Source: Eubacteriales bacterium (GTDB lineage Bacteria; Bacillota; Clostridia; Oscillospirales; CAG-272). Taken from it: a stretch of 64,000 nucleotides of DNA. This document shows positions 1-8,443 of the stretch, piece by piece. The DNA is taken from assembly GCA_045531965.1 (NCBI GenBank), contig JAZSFA010000078.1, positions 1,091 to 65,090 of the forward strand, read 5' to 3'. The notes beneath the pieces are model-generated. The model did no database searches, was not told the DNA's origin, and worked only from the letters and a program-made list of their open reading frames with translations. The translations under genes and the position numbers were made by a program. The stretch's first letter is position 1. Each line of letters opens with the position of its first letter.

Positions 1-2
1 TC

Positions 3-152
3 CGCGTGGATGCCCGAGGGGTGCCCGCGGGCGAATATGAGATAGCCGTCGGCCTCTTTGAAGGGGAGCGCTCCATCAAGCTGGCCATCAAGGAGACCGC
101 CCTTGACGAGGGCTACTACACCATCGGACGCACCGCCGTCCGCGCCGTTTAG
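3..152 (+). CDS. 3' end of a glycoside-hydrolase-like (DUF4832/GH42-like) gene; the 5' part lies outside the window
   Basis: The frame is open from the window edge to TAG at 150-152. The tail PAGEYEIAVGLFEGERSIKLAIKETALDEGYYTIG aligns with the tail of the next ORF (PAGTYEVAIGLFEGETPIRLALKESVCDGKFYTL), so the two are tandem paralogs. Confidence 0.6.
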   Translation, partial: RVDARGVPAGEYEIAVGLFEGERSIKLAIKETALDEGYYTIGRTAVRAV

Positions 153-168
153 TTGAGGAAAGGAGCGT

Positions 169-1617
169 ATGAATATGGAAAACAAGAGATACCCCAACCT
201 CATGCCCGCCCCCACCCCTGACGGCTCCCAGACCATGTGCGGGATGTTTGACGACCTTTCCATCCGCAAGGACTTCATCGACCTCCGCCCCCTCGTGGAC
301 GATAAGACCCCTCTGAAGAATCCCCATAAGGGCTGGTTCTGGCACTACATCGACAACGGCTACGGTCGCGGCAACTACCGCGAAGCCCACGACCAAAGCG
401 ACGCCCTTTTGGATTTTCCAGGCCTCAATCACCTCTACCTCCGCTTCGATTGGGGCGATGTGGAGAAGGCCGAGGGCGTGTACGATTTCTCGTACCTGGA
501 CGAGATCATGGATCTGTGGGCTCCCCGCGGCTATAAATTTTCCCTCCGCGTTTGTTCCTATGAAAACGATCCAAACTTGAACCACGCCACCCCTGCCTAC
601 GTCTACAAGCAGGGAGCAAAGGGCTACCGCCTCCCCGGCGGCAGACTCCAGCCCGACTACGGCGATCCCATCTTCCTCCACCACGTGGAGCGCTTGCTGT
701 ATACCCTGGGCGAGAAGTTCAACGGTCATCCCCTCATCGAATGCATTGACGTGGGCACCATGGGTACCTGGGGCGAAGGACACACCGCTTGCGGTACGGG
801 GGAGATCATCCCGCCTCCCGTAGTCAAGAAGCACTTCGACCTTCATGCCAAATATTTCCCCGACACTTGGGTGTTGTGCAACGACGATCACATCTCCTGC
901 CGTATCGCCCACGGTCAGGCCGAGGTGCAAGAAATTTTGGACTACGCCTACGAGCGGGGCTTTGGCGTGCAGGACGATTCGGTGTGCTGTAACTATTACA
1001 CCCAAGTCAACGATTATGACACCCTCCGTGCTCCTTGGGCCTTTGATCGCCTATGGAAGAATGCACCCACTGCCATTGAGATGGAGCATTACGGCTATGT
1101 TCACAGCCACAACGACCACTTCCGTGATGGTTTTACTGCCATCGAGGCCTTCAAACGCTGTCACGCTACCTTTGCGGGCTTCCACGGCTATCCCCGTGAG
1201 TGGCTGAAAAACGAGTACTACCTCACCGAGTATTGCGCTAATCGCTTGGGCTACTGGTACTTCATCACGGGTATGACCATGCCAACTCTCACTCCTACCG
1301 CCCATAACGTGATCACGCTGGATGTGGAGAACCGCGGCTGGGCCAAGGCCTACCGCAAGTACGATCTGGTCTTCCGCTTCCGCAGTACGGCGGGGAAGGA
1401 CTATGTCATTCCCGTGGAGACCGACAACCGCAAGTGGATGCCCGGTGTGAAGCAGACCGTACAGCTCGCCCTGGACCTCCGCCATCTCCCCGCAGGCACC
1501 TACGAGGTCGCCATCGGTCTGTTCGAGGGGGAGACACCCATAAGGCTCGCCCTCAAGGAGAGCGTGTGCGACGGGAAGTTCTATACCCTGTGCGGGGCGA
1601 CCGTCAAGAAAAACTGA
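169..1617 (+). CDS. Putative glycoside hydrolase, (beta/alpha)8 GH42-like with a DUF4832-type C-terminus
   Basis: 482-aa ORF with SD AAAGGAG upstream (ATG at 169 or 175). The segments NPHKGWFWHY, YLRFDWGDVEKAEG and GTMGTWGEGH resemble DUF4874/DUF4832 beta-galactosidase-like proteins. The family call is from memory and was not searched. Confidence 0.55.
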   Translation: MNMENKRYPNLMPAPTPDGSQTMCGMFDDLSIRKDFIDLRPLVDDKTPLKNPHKGWFWHYIDNGYGRGNYREAHDQSDALLDFPGLNHLYLRFDWGDVEKAEGVYDFSYLDEIMDLWAPRGYKFSLRVCSYENDPNLNHATPAYVYKQGAKGYRLPGGRLQPDYGDPIFLHHVERLLYTLGEKFNGHPLIECIDVGTMGTWGEGHTACGTGEIIPPPVVKKHFDLHAKYFPDTWVLCNDDHISCRIAHGQAEVQEILDYAYERGFGVQDDSVCCNYYTQVNDYDTLRAPWAFDRLWKNAPTAIEMEHYGYVHSHNDHFRDGFTAIEAFKRCHATFAGFHGYPREWLKNEYYLTEYCANRLGYWYFITGMTMPTLTPTAHNVITLDVENRGWAKAYRKYDLVFRFRSTAGKDYVIPVETDNRKWMPGVKQTVQLALDLRHLPAGTYEVAIGLFEGETPIRLALKESVCDGKFYTLCGATVKKN

Positions 1618-1737
1618 TTTTCCGCGCTCCGGAAGCCGGTAGCCTTCTATGAACACATGGCTGAGGCCGAAAGAGAGATGTAATCGCCCACGGGAGGCCG
1701 TACCGCGCGAGTTTCCGCGAAAAAATCCCAAAACCCC

Positions 1738-1766
1738 TTGACAAAACAAGAAAACTGTGCTATGAT
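1738..1766 (+). promoter_or_regulatory. Sigma-A type promoter of the trpS leader
   Basis: TTGACA (1738-1743), 17-nt spacer, TGcTATGAT (-10 at 1761-1766). Confidence 0.7.
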
Positions 1767-1774
1767 ATACCATC

Positions 1775-2044
1775 ATAAACCAACGACGAAGAGTAGTACC
1801 GCACCCACCCCGTTTCAGAGACCCGCCGATGCTGTGAAGGCGGGACGGAGCCTGCGCGAATGGACTTCCGAGGGCAGACCGAGCCGAACCTACCGTTCGG
1901 GGTAGTATCTGACGGTGCGCGCCGTTAACGCGTCAAGTGGAGGGATGCACCCATAGGTGGATATCCCTCAATCGTGGGTGGTACCGCGGATTTTTTGAAA
2001 ATTCGTCCCCGACAGAGCACATCTGTCGGGGGTTTCCTTTTCCC
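1775..2044 (+). promoter_or_regulatory. T-box riboswitch leader with a Trp specifier, controlling trpS
   Basis: AGAGA box near 1816. The GAA-UGG-A specifier context puts UGG at 1861-1863. The conserved T-box sequence AATCGTGGGTGGTACCGCGG is at 1970-1989. A terminator hairpin CCCCGACAG/CTGTCGGGG (2007-2031) is followed by a U-rich tract. Confidence 0.9.
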
Positions 2045-2141
2045 ACAGAAGGGGCGCACTGCGTGCGCCCGCGGGCGTTCAAAGAACGCCCCTACGGTAT
2101 TTTCCAATCCATGATGAAAAATCGAAAGCGAGGATAATCCC

Positions 2142-3143
2142 ATGTTCCAAAACACTCCCGTTTCCTTCTCCGGCGTACAGCCCAGCGGAAACCTGACCAT
2201 CGGCAACTACCTTGGTGCCATTAAGAATTTCGCATCCTTCTCCGAGAAGTATAAGTGCTTCTACTGCGTGGTGGACGAGCACGCTATCACCGTCCGTCAG
2301 GTGCCCGCCGACCTGCGCCGCCGCACCTACGAGACCCTGGCCCTCTACATGGCCTGCGGTTTGGATCCCGAGAAGAATACCCTCTACGTCCAGTCCCATG
2401 TCAAGGAGCACGCCGAGCTGGCATGGCTGCTCAACTGCTTCACGGGCTTTGGCGAGCTGTCCCGTATGACCCAGTTCAAGGATAAGTCCCAAAAGCACGC
2501 CGACAACATCAATGCCGGTCTCTTTACCTATCCCGTTCTCATGGCCGCCGACATCCTGCTCTACCAGACCGACGTGGTGCCCGTGGGTATCGATCAGAAG
2601 CAGCACGTGGAGCTGTGCCGTGATATCGCCAATCGCTTCAACGCCATCTACCCCGACACCTTCACCATCCCCGAGCCCATCATGGCCAAGAGCGGTGCCA
2701 AGATCATGTCCCTCGCCGATCCTACCAAGAAGATGAGCAAGTCTGACGAGAACACCAACGCCGTGGTCTACATCCTGGATGACCGCGACACCATCATCCG
2801 CAAGTTCAAGCGCGCCGTCACCGACTCCGACACCTGCGTGAAGTACGCCGAGGGCAAGGACGGTATCAATAACCTCATGACCATCTATTCCGTCTTTACG
2901 GGCAAGACCCTTGAAGACATCGAGCGCGAGTTTGACGGCAAGGGCTACGGCGACTTCAAGCTGGCCGTAGGCGAGGTCTGCGCCGACGCCCTGGCGCCCG
3001 TACAGGAGAAGTTCAAGTGCTTCATGTCCGATAAGGCTCAGCTGGAAGCCCAGATGAAGAAGGGCGCCGAGGAGGCTTCCTACGTGGCACGCAGAACTCT
3101 GTCCAAGGTGCAGAAAAAGCTGGGATTCGTGCAGATCCGCTAA
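2142..3143 (+). CDS. trpS: Tryptophan--tRNA ligase
   Basis: 333 aa. Class I motifs: GNLTIGNYLG (HIGH-like) and KMSKS. A Trp-specific T-box lies directly upstream. Confidence 0.97.
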   Translation: MFQNTPVSFSGVQPSGNLTIGNYLGAIKNFASFSEKYKCFYCVVDEHAITVRQVPADLRRRTYETLALYMACGLDPEKNTLYVQSHVKEHAELAWLLNCFTGFGELSRMTQFKDKSQKHADNINAGLFTYPVLMAADILLYQTDVVPVGIDQKQHVELCRDIANRFNAIYPDTFTIPEPIMAKSGAKIMSLADPTKKMSKSDENTNAVVYILDDRDTIIRKFKRAVTDSDTCVKYAEGKDGINNLMTIYSVFTGKTLEDIEREFDGKGYGDFKLAVGEVCADALAPVQEKFKCFMSDKAQLEAQMKKGAEEASYVARRTLSKVQKKLGFVQIR

Positions 3144-3856
3144 TGGGAGGCTCTATGGATCAGTTTGATCGGATTGCGGCTATGATGCAGGACTTGCTTC
3201 AAAAGTCGGGCATCGAGCTTCCTGAGCATCAAATGGCACCGGACAGCCAAGCCGAGGCTTATGTGAGCTCCATTGCCGATATGGCAGGAAGGTATGCCGA
3301 GCAGGCTTCTCGCCTGCAAGAGGCGGCCGAAGAAGCCACCGCAACCGTGCAGTACTCGGTAAAGGGCGAGAGTATGTACCGCGGTTACTATCACCCGTCC
3401 CCCGTTCAGGAGCTGATCGTTACCAACGTCACCCGCGGCCGACTGACCAAAAAGCCCCCCTTGTCGGGAAGCTACTATCAGTATCGGTTCGATGCGGACG
3501 GCAACCTGCTTTCTGTGAATCAGTATCAAAAAAAGAAGTTGACTGCTACGGAGTATCTGATCCGTCCAAACGAATCCGAGGAATACGGTTTGCTGTTTGA
3601 GCAGGGATTCGGAAATATGCTGATGGTCGGCACGAAGACCGTCTATGAAAATCATCGTCCCGTTGCCTTTAGCTCTGTACATATGCCCTTGAATTTGAAT
3701 TGTATGAATCAGTTTGATCTTCAGACCTTTGCGTATCAAGGTGATATGCTGACCACTGCTACATTTGAGACAGGCGTGTATGGTATGTTTTCGAAACGGC
3801 ACATCTACAACGTTGTGATGGATAAGAGTGAAATGCGGTTGGAGGAAGATGTATGA
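3143..3856 (+). CDS. Hypothetical soluble protein
   Basis: ORF starts at the TAATG overlap with the trpS stop, or at ATG 3155 after GGGAGG. It has one YD-repeat-like motif, YRFDADGNLLSV. No recognisable family. Confidence 0.6.
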   Translation: MGGSMDQFDRIAAMMQDLLQKSGIELPEHQMAPDSQAEAYVSSIADMAGRYAEQASRLQEAAEEATATVQYSVKGESMYRGYYHPSPVQELIVTNVTRGRLTKKPPLSGSYYQYRFDADGNLLSVNQYQKKKLTATEYLIRPNESEEYGLLFEQGFGNMLMVGTKTVYENHRPVAFSSVHMPLNLNCMNQFDLQTFAYQGDMLTTATFETGVYGMFSKRHIYNVVMDKSEMRLEEDV

Positions 3857-4545
3857 AATATATTTTCATATTCACGAACCCCATCTTTTTCCTCAAAACT
3901 TTCCTAATCTTTGCAGTCATCTTTACTGTCATCGCCCTGTGGCGGATCTCGGTTATTTTGATCCATCGAAAGATCCCCGCACGGCGAGGCGAGATCATGA
4001 CGGACATCCTGACCTTCAAGTGCATCGCGCTGTCTTACGCTGCGGCAAGTCTTTGCTTTCTCACCTTCCGCTCCTATATCGCTGTGGTTTTGTGGCCTCT
4101 CTTGGGTTGGCTCTTGATCAAAAAAGTGCTGTCCCACGACTTGATGGCCATGGCCTACTTTGAGGCTTTCCCCTCCTACGAGCTTCATCCCATCAGAAAG
4201 CTGAAGGATTTTAAGCAAAACGGCCCTGCTCCTGAAGTGATGAACCGCAAGAAATTCAAGGAGCTTTCACCCTATGACGGATACGGTTGGTATTGCTATC
4301 TGCACACCAGCCTCCTTTCCGTGGTTGCTTATGGCGGAAAGTTGATCTTTGAGGCAACCGGTGAGATTCCCGGTGTTCTGTCCCTCGTGGAGTTTGATTG
4401 CCTGGCCCTCTTTGTCATCGTGTCTCTGCTTCTGTCCCTTCTGAAATCTGACACAGGTCTCGGCGGTCGAAATATGTTCAAAGCGTTGCTTTGCTTTATT
4501 GTGGCGATCGTGATGATGAACTTGCTGTATTTTGGGTTTTCTTGA
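3853..4545 (+). CDS. Hypothetical polytopic membrane protein
   Basis: ATGA start/stop overlap with the previous ORF. About 6 hydrophobic helices by eye. No recognisable family. Confidence 0.6.
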   Translation: MKYIFIFTNPIFFLKTFLIFAVIFTVIALWRISVILIHRKIPARRGEIMTDILTFKCIALSYAAASLCFLTFRSYIAVVLWPLLGWLLIKKVLSHDLMAMAYFEAFPSYELHPIRKLKDFKQNGPAPEVMNRKKFKELSPYDGYGWYCYLHTSLLSVVAYGGKLIFEATGEIPGVLSLVEFDCLALFVIVSLLLSLLKSDTGLGGRNMFKALLCFIVAIVMMNLLYFGFS

Positions 4546-4552
4546 ATCATGA

Positions 4553-4600
4553 AAAAGAACCGATTTTTAGGGATCATCCCCGAAAATCGGTTCTTTTGTT
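4553..4600. terminator. Bidirectional intrinsic terminator between convergent genes
   Basis: AAAAGAACCGATTTT ... GAAAATCGGTTCTTTT inverted repeat with A/T runs on both sides. Confidence 0.8.
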
Positions 4601-4605
4601 TCATC

Positions 4606-5241
4606 TCAACGAAATCTCAAAGCCTCATCCGGCAACACGCCCTCGATCACCGCCGCCTCAACGAGACTCCGATCCACGCATAGAGGCTTGATCAAATGCC
4701 AATCCATCTCCCCGTTCAGGATCTTGTCCAGAATGCGGCACCGCGAATCAAAGTCCATGAAGGGAAGCAGATGCTCTAGCATCTCGGGGGTGATCCCCGC
4801 GCAGTCGGTCTCCGCCAGAAGCCGCTGTGTCCCCTCGTCCGATAGATACACGGCAATATCCATCAGACGTGAAATGTTAATCCCCTGCACCGCCAGATTC
4901 ACCGTTAGCTTCTCCACCGCGCTGGGCTTCAGTAAGGGAGCCAAGGCAGCCACATCCTCGGGTAGAGCCTTGTGGGATGTCTCTTTCCCGTGGGCAAGAT
5001 CGTGCAGAATCGCCGCTTCCCCCACCGTGGGAGAGCCCGCGCAGATCAGCTCGTCCACCGATACGCCGAACACCTCCGCCATGGTCACCAGGATGGTCAC
5101 GTCGGGGAAGGAATCTCCCGTCTCGTACTTGGATACCGCCTGCCGCGTGACGTTCAGCCGATCTCCCAGATCGGATTGGGTCATGTCGGCGTTCTTGCGA
5201 AGCTGCGCGAGCTTCAGACCGAAGGTTTGGGTGTTAAACAT
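4606..5241 (-). CDS. XRE-family helix-turn-helix transcriptional regulator with an uncharacterised C-terminal domain
   Basis: FGLKLAQLRKNADMTQSDLGDRLNVTRQAVSKYETGDSFPD is a classic Cro/C1 HTH. Start taken at ATG 5241, preceded by AAGGAGG (the ORF track extends to 5301). Confidence 0.85.
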   Translation of the reverse strand: MFNTQTFGLKLAQLRKNADMTQSDLGDRLNVTRQAVSKYETGDSFPDVTILVTMAEVFGVSVDELICAGSPTVGEAAILHDLAHGKETSHKALPEDVAALAPLLKPSAVEKLTVNLAVQGINISRLMDIAVYLSDEGTQRLLAETDCAGITPEMLEHLLPFMDFDSRCRILDKILNGEMDWHLIKPLCVDRSLVEAAVIEGVLPDEALRFR

Positions 5242-5349
5242 ATGGATGCCTCCTTGCGGATGTTTTGATTTCTGTCTCCATTGTACCCTAAGCTCCCCCA
5301 AATGTCAAGCAACGGTTGTTTGCGTGTCGGAGCATCCGTTAATTTTCAG

Positions 5350-5391
5350 AAAAAAAGTCATGCCGCGCAGAACGGTATGACTCTTTTTTTG
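5350..5391 (-). terminator. Intrinsic terminator downstream of the TepA-like gene
   Basis: AGTCATGCCG/CGGTATGACT stem flanked by an A7 run and a T7 run. Confidence 0.8.
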
Positions 5392-5423
5392 GGGATTTTT
5401 CAGTTTCTTTCCTTTGTATAATG

Positions 5424-6158
5424 CTATGGCTCTTCCCTGCCTTTATTTTGTCGGACTTGATCGATCATGCTCCGCAACGCCAGCAAAGCACTGTCCAGCC
5501 CCCCCACCTCATCGATGAGTCCGCAAGCAACTGCTTCCCTGCCATCCAATACCGTCCCTACGTCGGTGGCAAGCTGATCGGGGCGCATCATAAATTCCCG
5601 AAGACGTGCCACCGAGATACGGCTATGGTCGCTGATAAACTGCAGAATACGGTTTTGCATATCCTCAAAGTATCGGTAGGTTTGAGGAGACCCCACCACC
5701 GTTCCGTTGATGCGGACGGGATGAACCATCATGGTGGCTGAGGGAACAATGAAGGATTTTTGTCCCGCCACCGCCAGGGGTACTCCGATGGAGTGTCCCC
5801 CGCCCAACACCAAGGTCACTGTGGGCTTACGCAAAGAAGAGATCAGTTCCGCTAACGCCAGCCCCGCCTCCACGTCACCTCCCATGGTGTTCAATACGAC
5901 CAGAAGACCGTCAATGTCGTCGTTTTCCTCAATGGAGACAAGAAGGGGGATCAATTGCTCATATTTGGTGGTCTTCTGTCCCTCGGGTGCCACGTAATGC
6001 CCCTCGATCTGACCGATGATGGAGATGCAGTAAATGGTCTCACGGTTGTTCGACGCTACCACCGAGGAGGATTTTTCAATGTTTTCAAGCTCTTGAGCGG
6101 TAGTCTTGTTTTTCTTTTCGGATTCGGTGGTCGGAAGGTCGTTTTCTTTTTCAGACAT
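5424..6158 (-). CDS. ClpP-fold serine protease-like protein (TepA/translocation-enhancing protein family)
   Basis: LNTMGGDVEAGLALAELI, GGGHSIGVPLAVAG and MMVHPV resemble ClpP blocks. Start at ATG 6158 after AAGGAG (the ORF track extends to 6206). Confidence 0.75.
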   Translation of the reverse strand: MSEKENDLPTTESEKKNKTTAQELENIEKSSSVVASNNRETIYCISIIGQIEGHYVAPEGQKTTKYEQLIPLLVSIEENDDIDGLLVVLNTMGGDVEAGLALAELISSLRKPTVTLVLGGGHSIGVPLAVAGQKSFIVPSATMMVHPVRINGTVVGSPQTYRYFEDMQNRILQFISDHSRISVARLREFMMRPDQLATDVGTVLDGREAVACGLIDEVGGLDSALLALRSMIDQVRQNKGREEP

Positions 6159-6270
6159 CTGGGAGACTCCTTTTGATAAATATGACGTAATGAATTTCTG
6201 CGTCAAAACTTTTTATCATTATGCCCAAAAAGATATTCAATATACCGAATGAAATATTTCAAAAAAATAC

Positions 6271-6299
6271 TTTACAATTTCAAAACAATATGCTATAAT
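6271..6299 (+). promoter_or_regulatory. Sigma-A type promoter for pduL
   Basis: TTTACA, 17-nt spacer, TGcTATAAT. Confidence 0.65.
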
Positions 6300-6363
6300 A
6301 ACTAAGAATGCGAATTTAAACCATTTATGTCGCAAAACCAAACATAAGAGAGGATTACAAGCT

Positions 6364-6939
6364 ATGGAAAACAAGATTCTCGTAGAAACCTCCGCAAGAC
6401 ACGTCCATCTTACCAAGGAAGCCGTGGCAGCCCTGTACGGCGAAGGCGCCGAGCTGATCGTTAAGAAGATGCTCAGCCAGCCCGGTCAGTTCGCTACTGC
6501 CAACGAAAAGCTGAAGCTCGTCGGTCCTAAGGGTGAAATGATGGTCAGTGTCCTGGGTCCCACTCGACCTGCCAATCAGGTAGAGCTGTCCTTCACCGAC
6601 GCTCGCGCACTCGGCCTCAAGGCGGTTCCCGTTCGTGAGAGCGGCGACGTGAGTGGTACCCCCGGCATCAAGTTGGTCGGTCCCGCCGGTGAGATCGATA
6701 TTGACGAAGGTTGCATCATCGCCAAGCGTCACATCCACATGACTCCCGCAGACGCAGAGGGTCTTGGCGTTGTAAACGGCGAAGTGGTTAAGGTGTTGGT
6801 CAAGTCCGACAGAACCACCATTTTTGACGACGTGGTCGTTCGTGTCAGTCCCAGCTATGCACTGGCTATGCACATCGACACCGATGAATGCAACGCCGCT
6901 GCTGCTTTCGGAGAGATCTACGGTGAAATCGTAAAGTAA
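6364..6939 (+). CDS. pduL: Phosphate propanoyltransferase / phosphotransacylase PduL
   Basis: 191 aa. ETSARHVHL and AKRHIHMTP are the duplicated PduL His motifs. SD GAGAGGA upstream. Confidence 0.9.
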   Translation: MENKILVETSARHVHLTKEAVAALYGEGAELIVKKMLSQPGQFATANEKLKLVGPKGEMMVSVLGPTRPANQVELSFTDARALGLKAVPVRESGDVSGTPGIKLVGPAGEIDIDEGCIIAKRHIHMTPADAEGLGVVNGEVVKVLVKSDRTTIFDDVVVRVSPSYALAMHIDTDECNAAAAFGEIYGEIVK

Positions 6940-6979
6940 TCCCCCAAAAAATACATTTGAAAAGGCACCGACAATCGCT

Positions 6980-7606
6980 ATGAAAATTTTATTTCAGGGA
7001 GACAGCGTGACCGATGCCGGGAGAGACCGAAGTAACCCCAATGATATGGGTGAGGGCTACCCGAAATACGCGTCGGCCATGATCCAGGATTCCTTCCCCG
7101 ACACAGAGTTTGAATTTTACAACTTAGGCATCAGCGGAAACAGAACCGAGCATCTCGTGGCTCGTTTGGAAACCGATTTCATCGAGATCCAACCCGATAT
7201 CCTTTCCATTATGATCGGCGTTAACGACGTATGGCATCATTATGACTTCGAGCATATCGAAACGACCGACGAGTATTTTGAAGCCAATCTCCGTAAGATT
7301 TTGTCCGAGGTCAGAGAAAAGACCCCCGCCAAGATCCTGCTCGTTCAACCCTTCCTGTTGGATGTGGCTGACAAAGCGCACATGCGCCCCGAGCTGGAAC
7401 GAAAGCAGGTCATTTTTGCCCGCCTTGCAGAGGAGTACGCCGACGCGTATCTCCCCATGGATGAGATCTTCCATACCGAGACAGAGGAAGAGCCTACTTA
7501 TTACGCCACTGACGGCGTACACCCAACACCCGACGGCGCGTGCTATATCGGAGAAGCTTATCTCCGTGCCGTCACCCCCCTCATCGAATCCCTCGTTGAG
7601 GATTGA
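6980..7606 (+). CDS. SGNH/GDSL-family hydrolase
   Basis: Block I FQGDSVTDAG, block III IMIGVNDV, block V TDGVHPT. Confidence 0.85.
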   Translation: MKILFQGDSVTDAGRDRSNPNDMGEGYPKYASAMIQDSFPDTEFEFYNLGISGNRTEHLVARLETDFIEIQPDILSIMIGVNDVWHHYDFEHIETTDEYFEANLRKILSEVREKTPAKILLVQPFLLDVADKAHMRPELERKQVIFARLAEEYADAYLPMDEIFHTETEEEPTYYATDGVHPTPDGACYIGEAYLRAVTPLIESLVED

Positions 7607-7708
7607 CCTGCGGTTTGGTTGCAATAACCACCGTTTACCTTGGGGGCGAACTGTGTTCGCACGCCTCTATCATTTTATTTTGTTAATCTTACAAAGGAGA
7701 TATGTATC

Positions 7709-8425
7709 ATGAGCAATGAGTACAAGTGCGAGTACGCAATGAGCCATGAGGTTCAGAACATGTGTACCGTCAAACAGGGTCCTAACCACGGTCCCGCCCC
7801 TCTGCCTGAAGAGGGTCAATGGATTCAGGCAAGACAGATCAGCGACATCTCTGCTTACACCCACGGTGTAGGCTGGTGCGCTCCCCAGCAGGGTGCCTGC
7901 AAGCTGTCCCTGAACGTCAAGAACGGCATCATCGAGGAAGCCCTCGTCGAGACCATCGGTTGCTCGGGTATGACCCACTCTGCCGCTATGGCAGCCGAGA
8001 TCCTTCCCGGTAAGACCCTCCTTGAGGCTCTGAACACCGACCTGGTGTGCGATGCCATCAACACCGCTATGCGCGAGCTGTTCCTGCAGATCGTCTACGG
8101 TCGTAGCCAGTCCGCTTTCTCTGAGGGGGGCTTGGTCATCGGCGCAGGTATGGAAGACCTGGGTAAGGGCGAGCGTTCCATGGTCGGTACCATGTACGGT
8201 ACCCGTGCCAAGGGCGTGCGTTACCTGGAGATGACCGAGGGCTACTGCACTCGCATGGCTCTGGATGAGAACAACGAAGTAATCGGCTATGAGTTCGTAT
8301 CTCTTGGCAAGATGACCGACTTCATCAAGAAGGGCATGGAGCCTAATGAAGCATACGAGAAAGCCAAGGGTACCTACGGTCGGTTCAATGATGCTGTCAA
8401 GTACATTGACCCCCGTAAGGAATAA
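7709..8425 (+). CDS. NifU/IscU-like iron-sulfur scaffold-domain protein (partner of the GGGtGRT protein)
   Basis: ATG 7709 after AAAGGAG. GVGWCAPQQGACKLSLNVKNGIIEEALVETIGCSGMTHSAAMAAE resembles the IscU N-terminal domain with conserved Cys. Confidence 0.7.
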   Translation: MSNEYKCEYAMSHEVQNMCTVKQGPNHGPAPLPEEGQWIQARQISDISAYTHGVGWCAPQQGACKLSLNVKNGIIEEALVETIGCSGMTHSAAMAAEILPGKTLLEALNTDLVCDAINTAMRELFLQIVYGRSQSAFSEGGLVIGAGMEDLGKGERSMVGTMYGTRAKGVRYLEMTEGYCTRMALDENNEVIGYEFVSLGKMTDFIKKGMEPNEAYEKAKGTYGRFNDAVKYIDPRKE

Positions 8426-8443
8426 GATAGAAGGGACTGTATA

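Noticed and set aside
88-1776. ORFs of 305 aa and 241 aa on the minus strand, opposite the GH-like gene.
   Set aside because: They are antisense shadows. Their composition is low-complexity, there is no SD, and the second would run across the trpS promoter.
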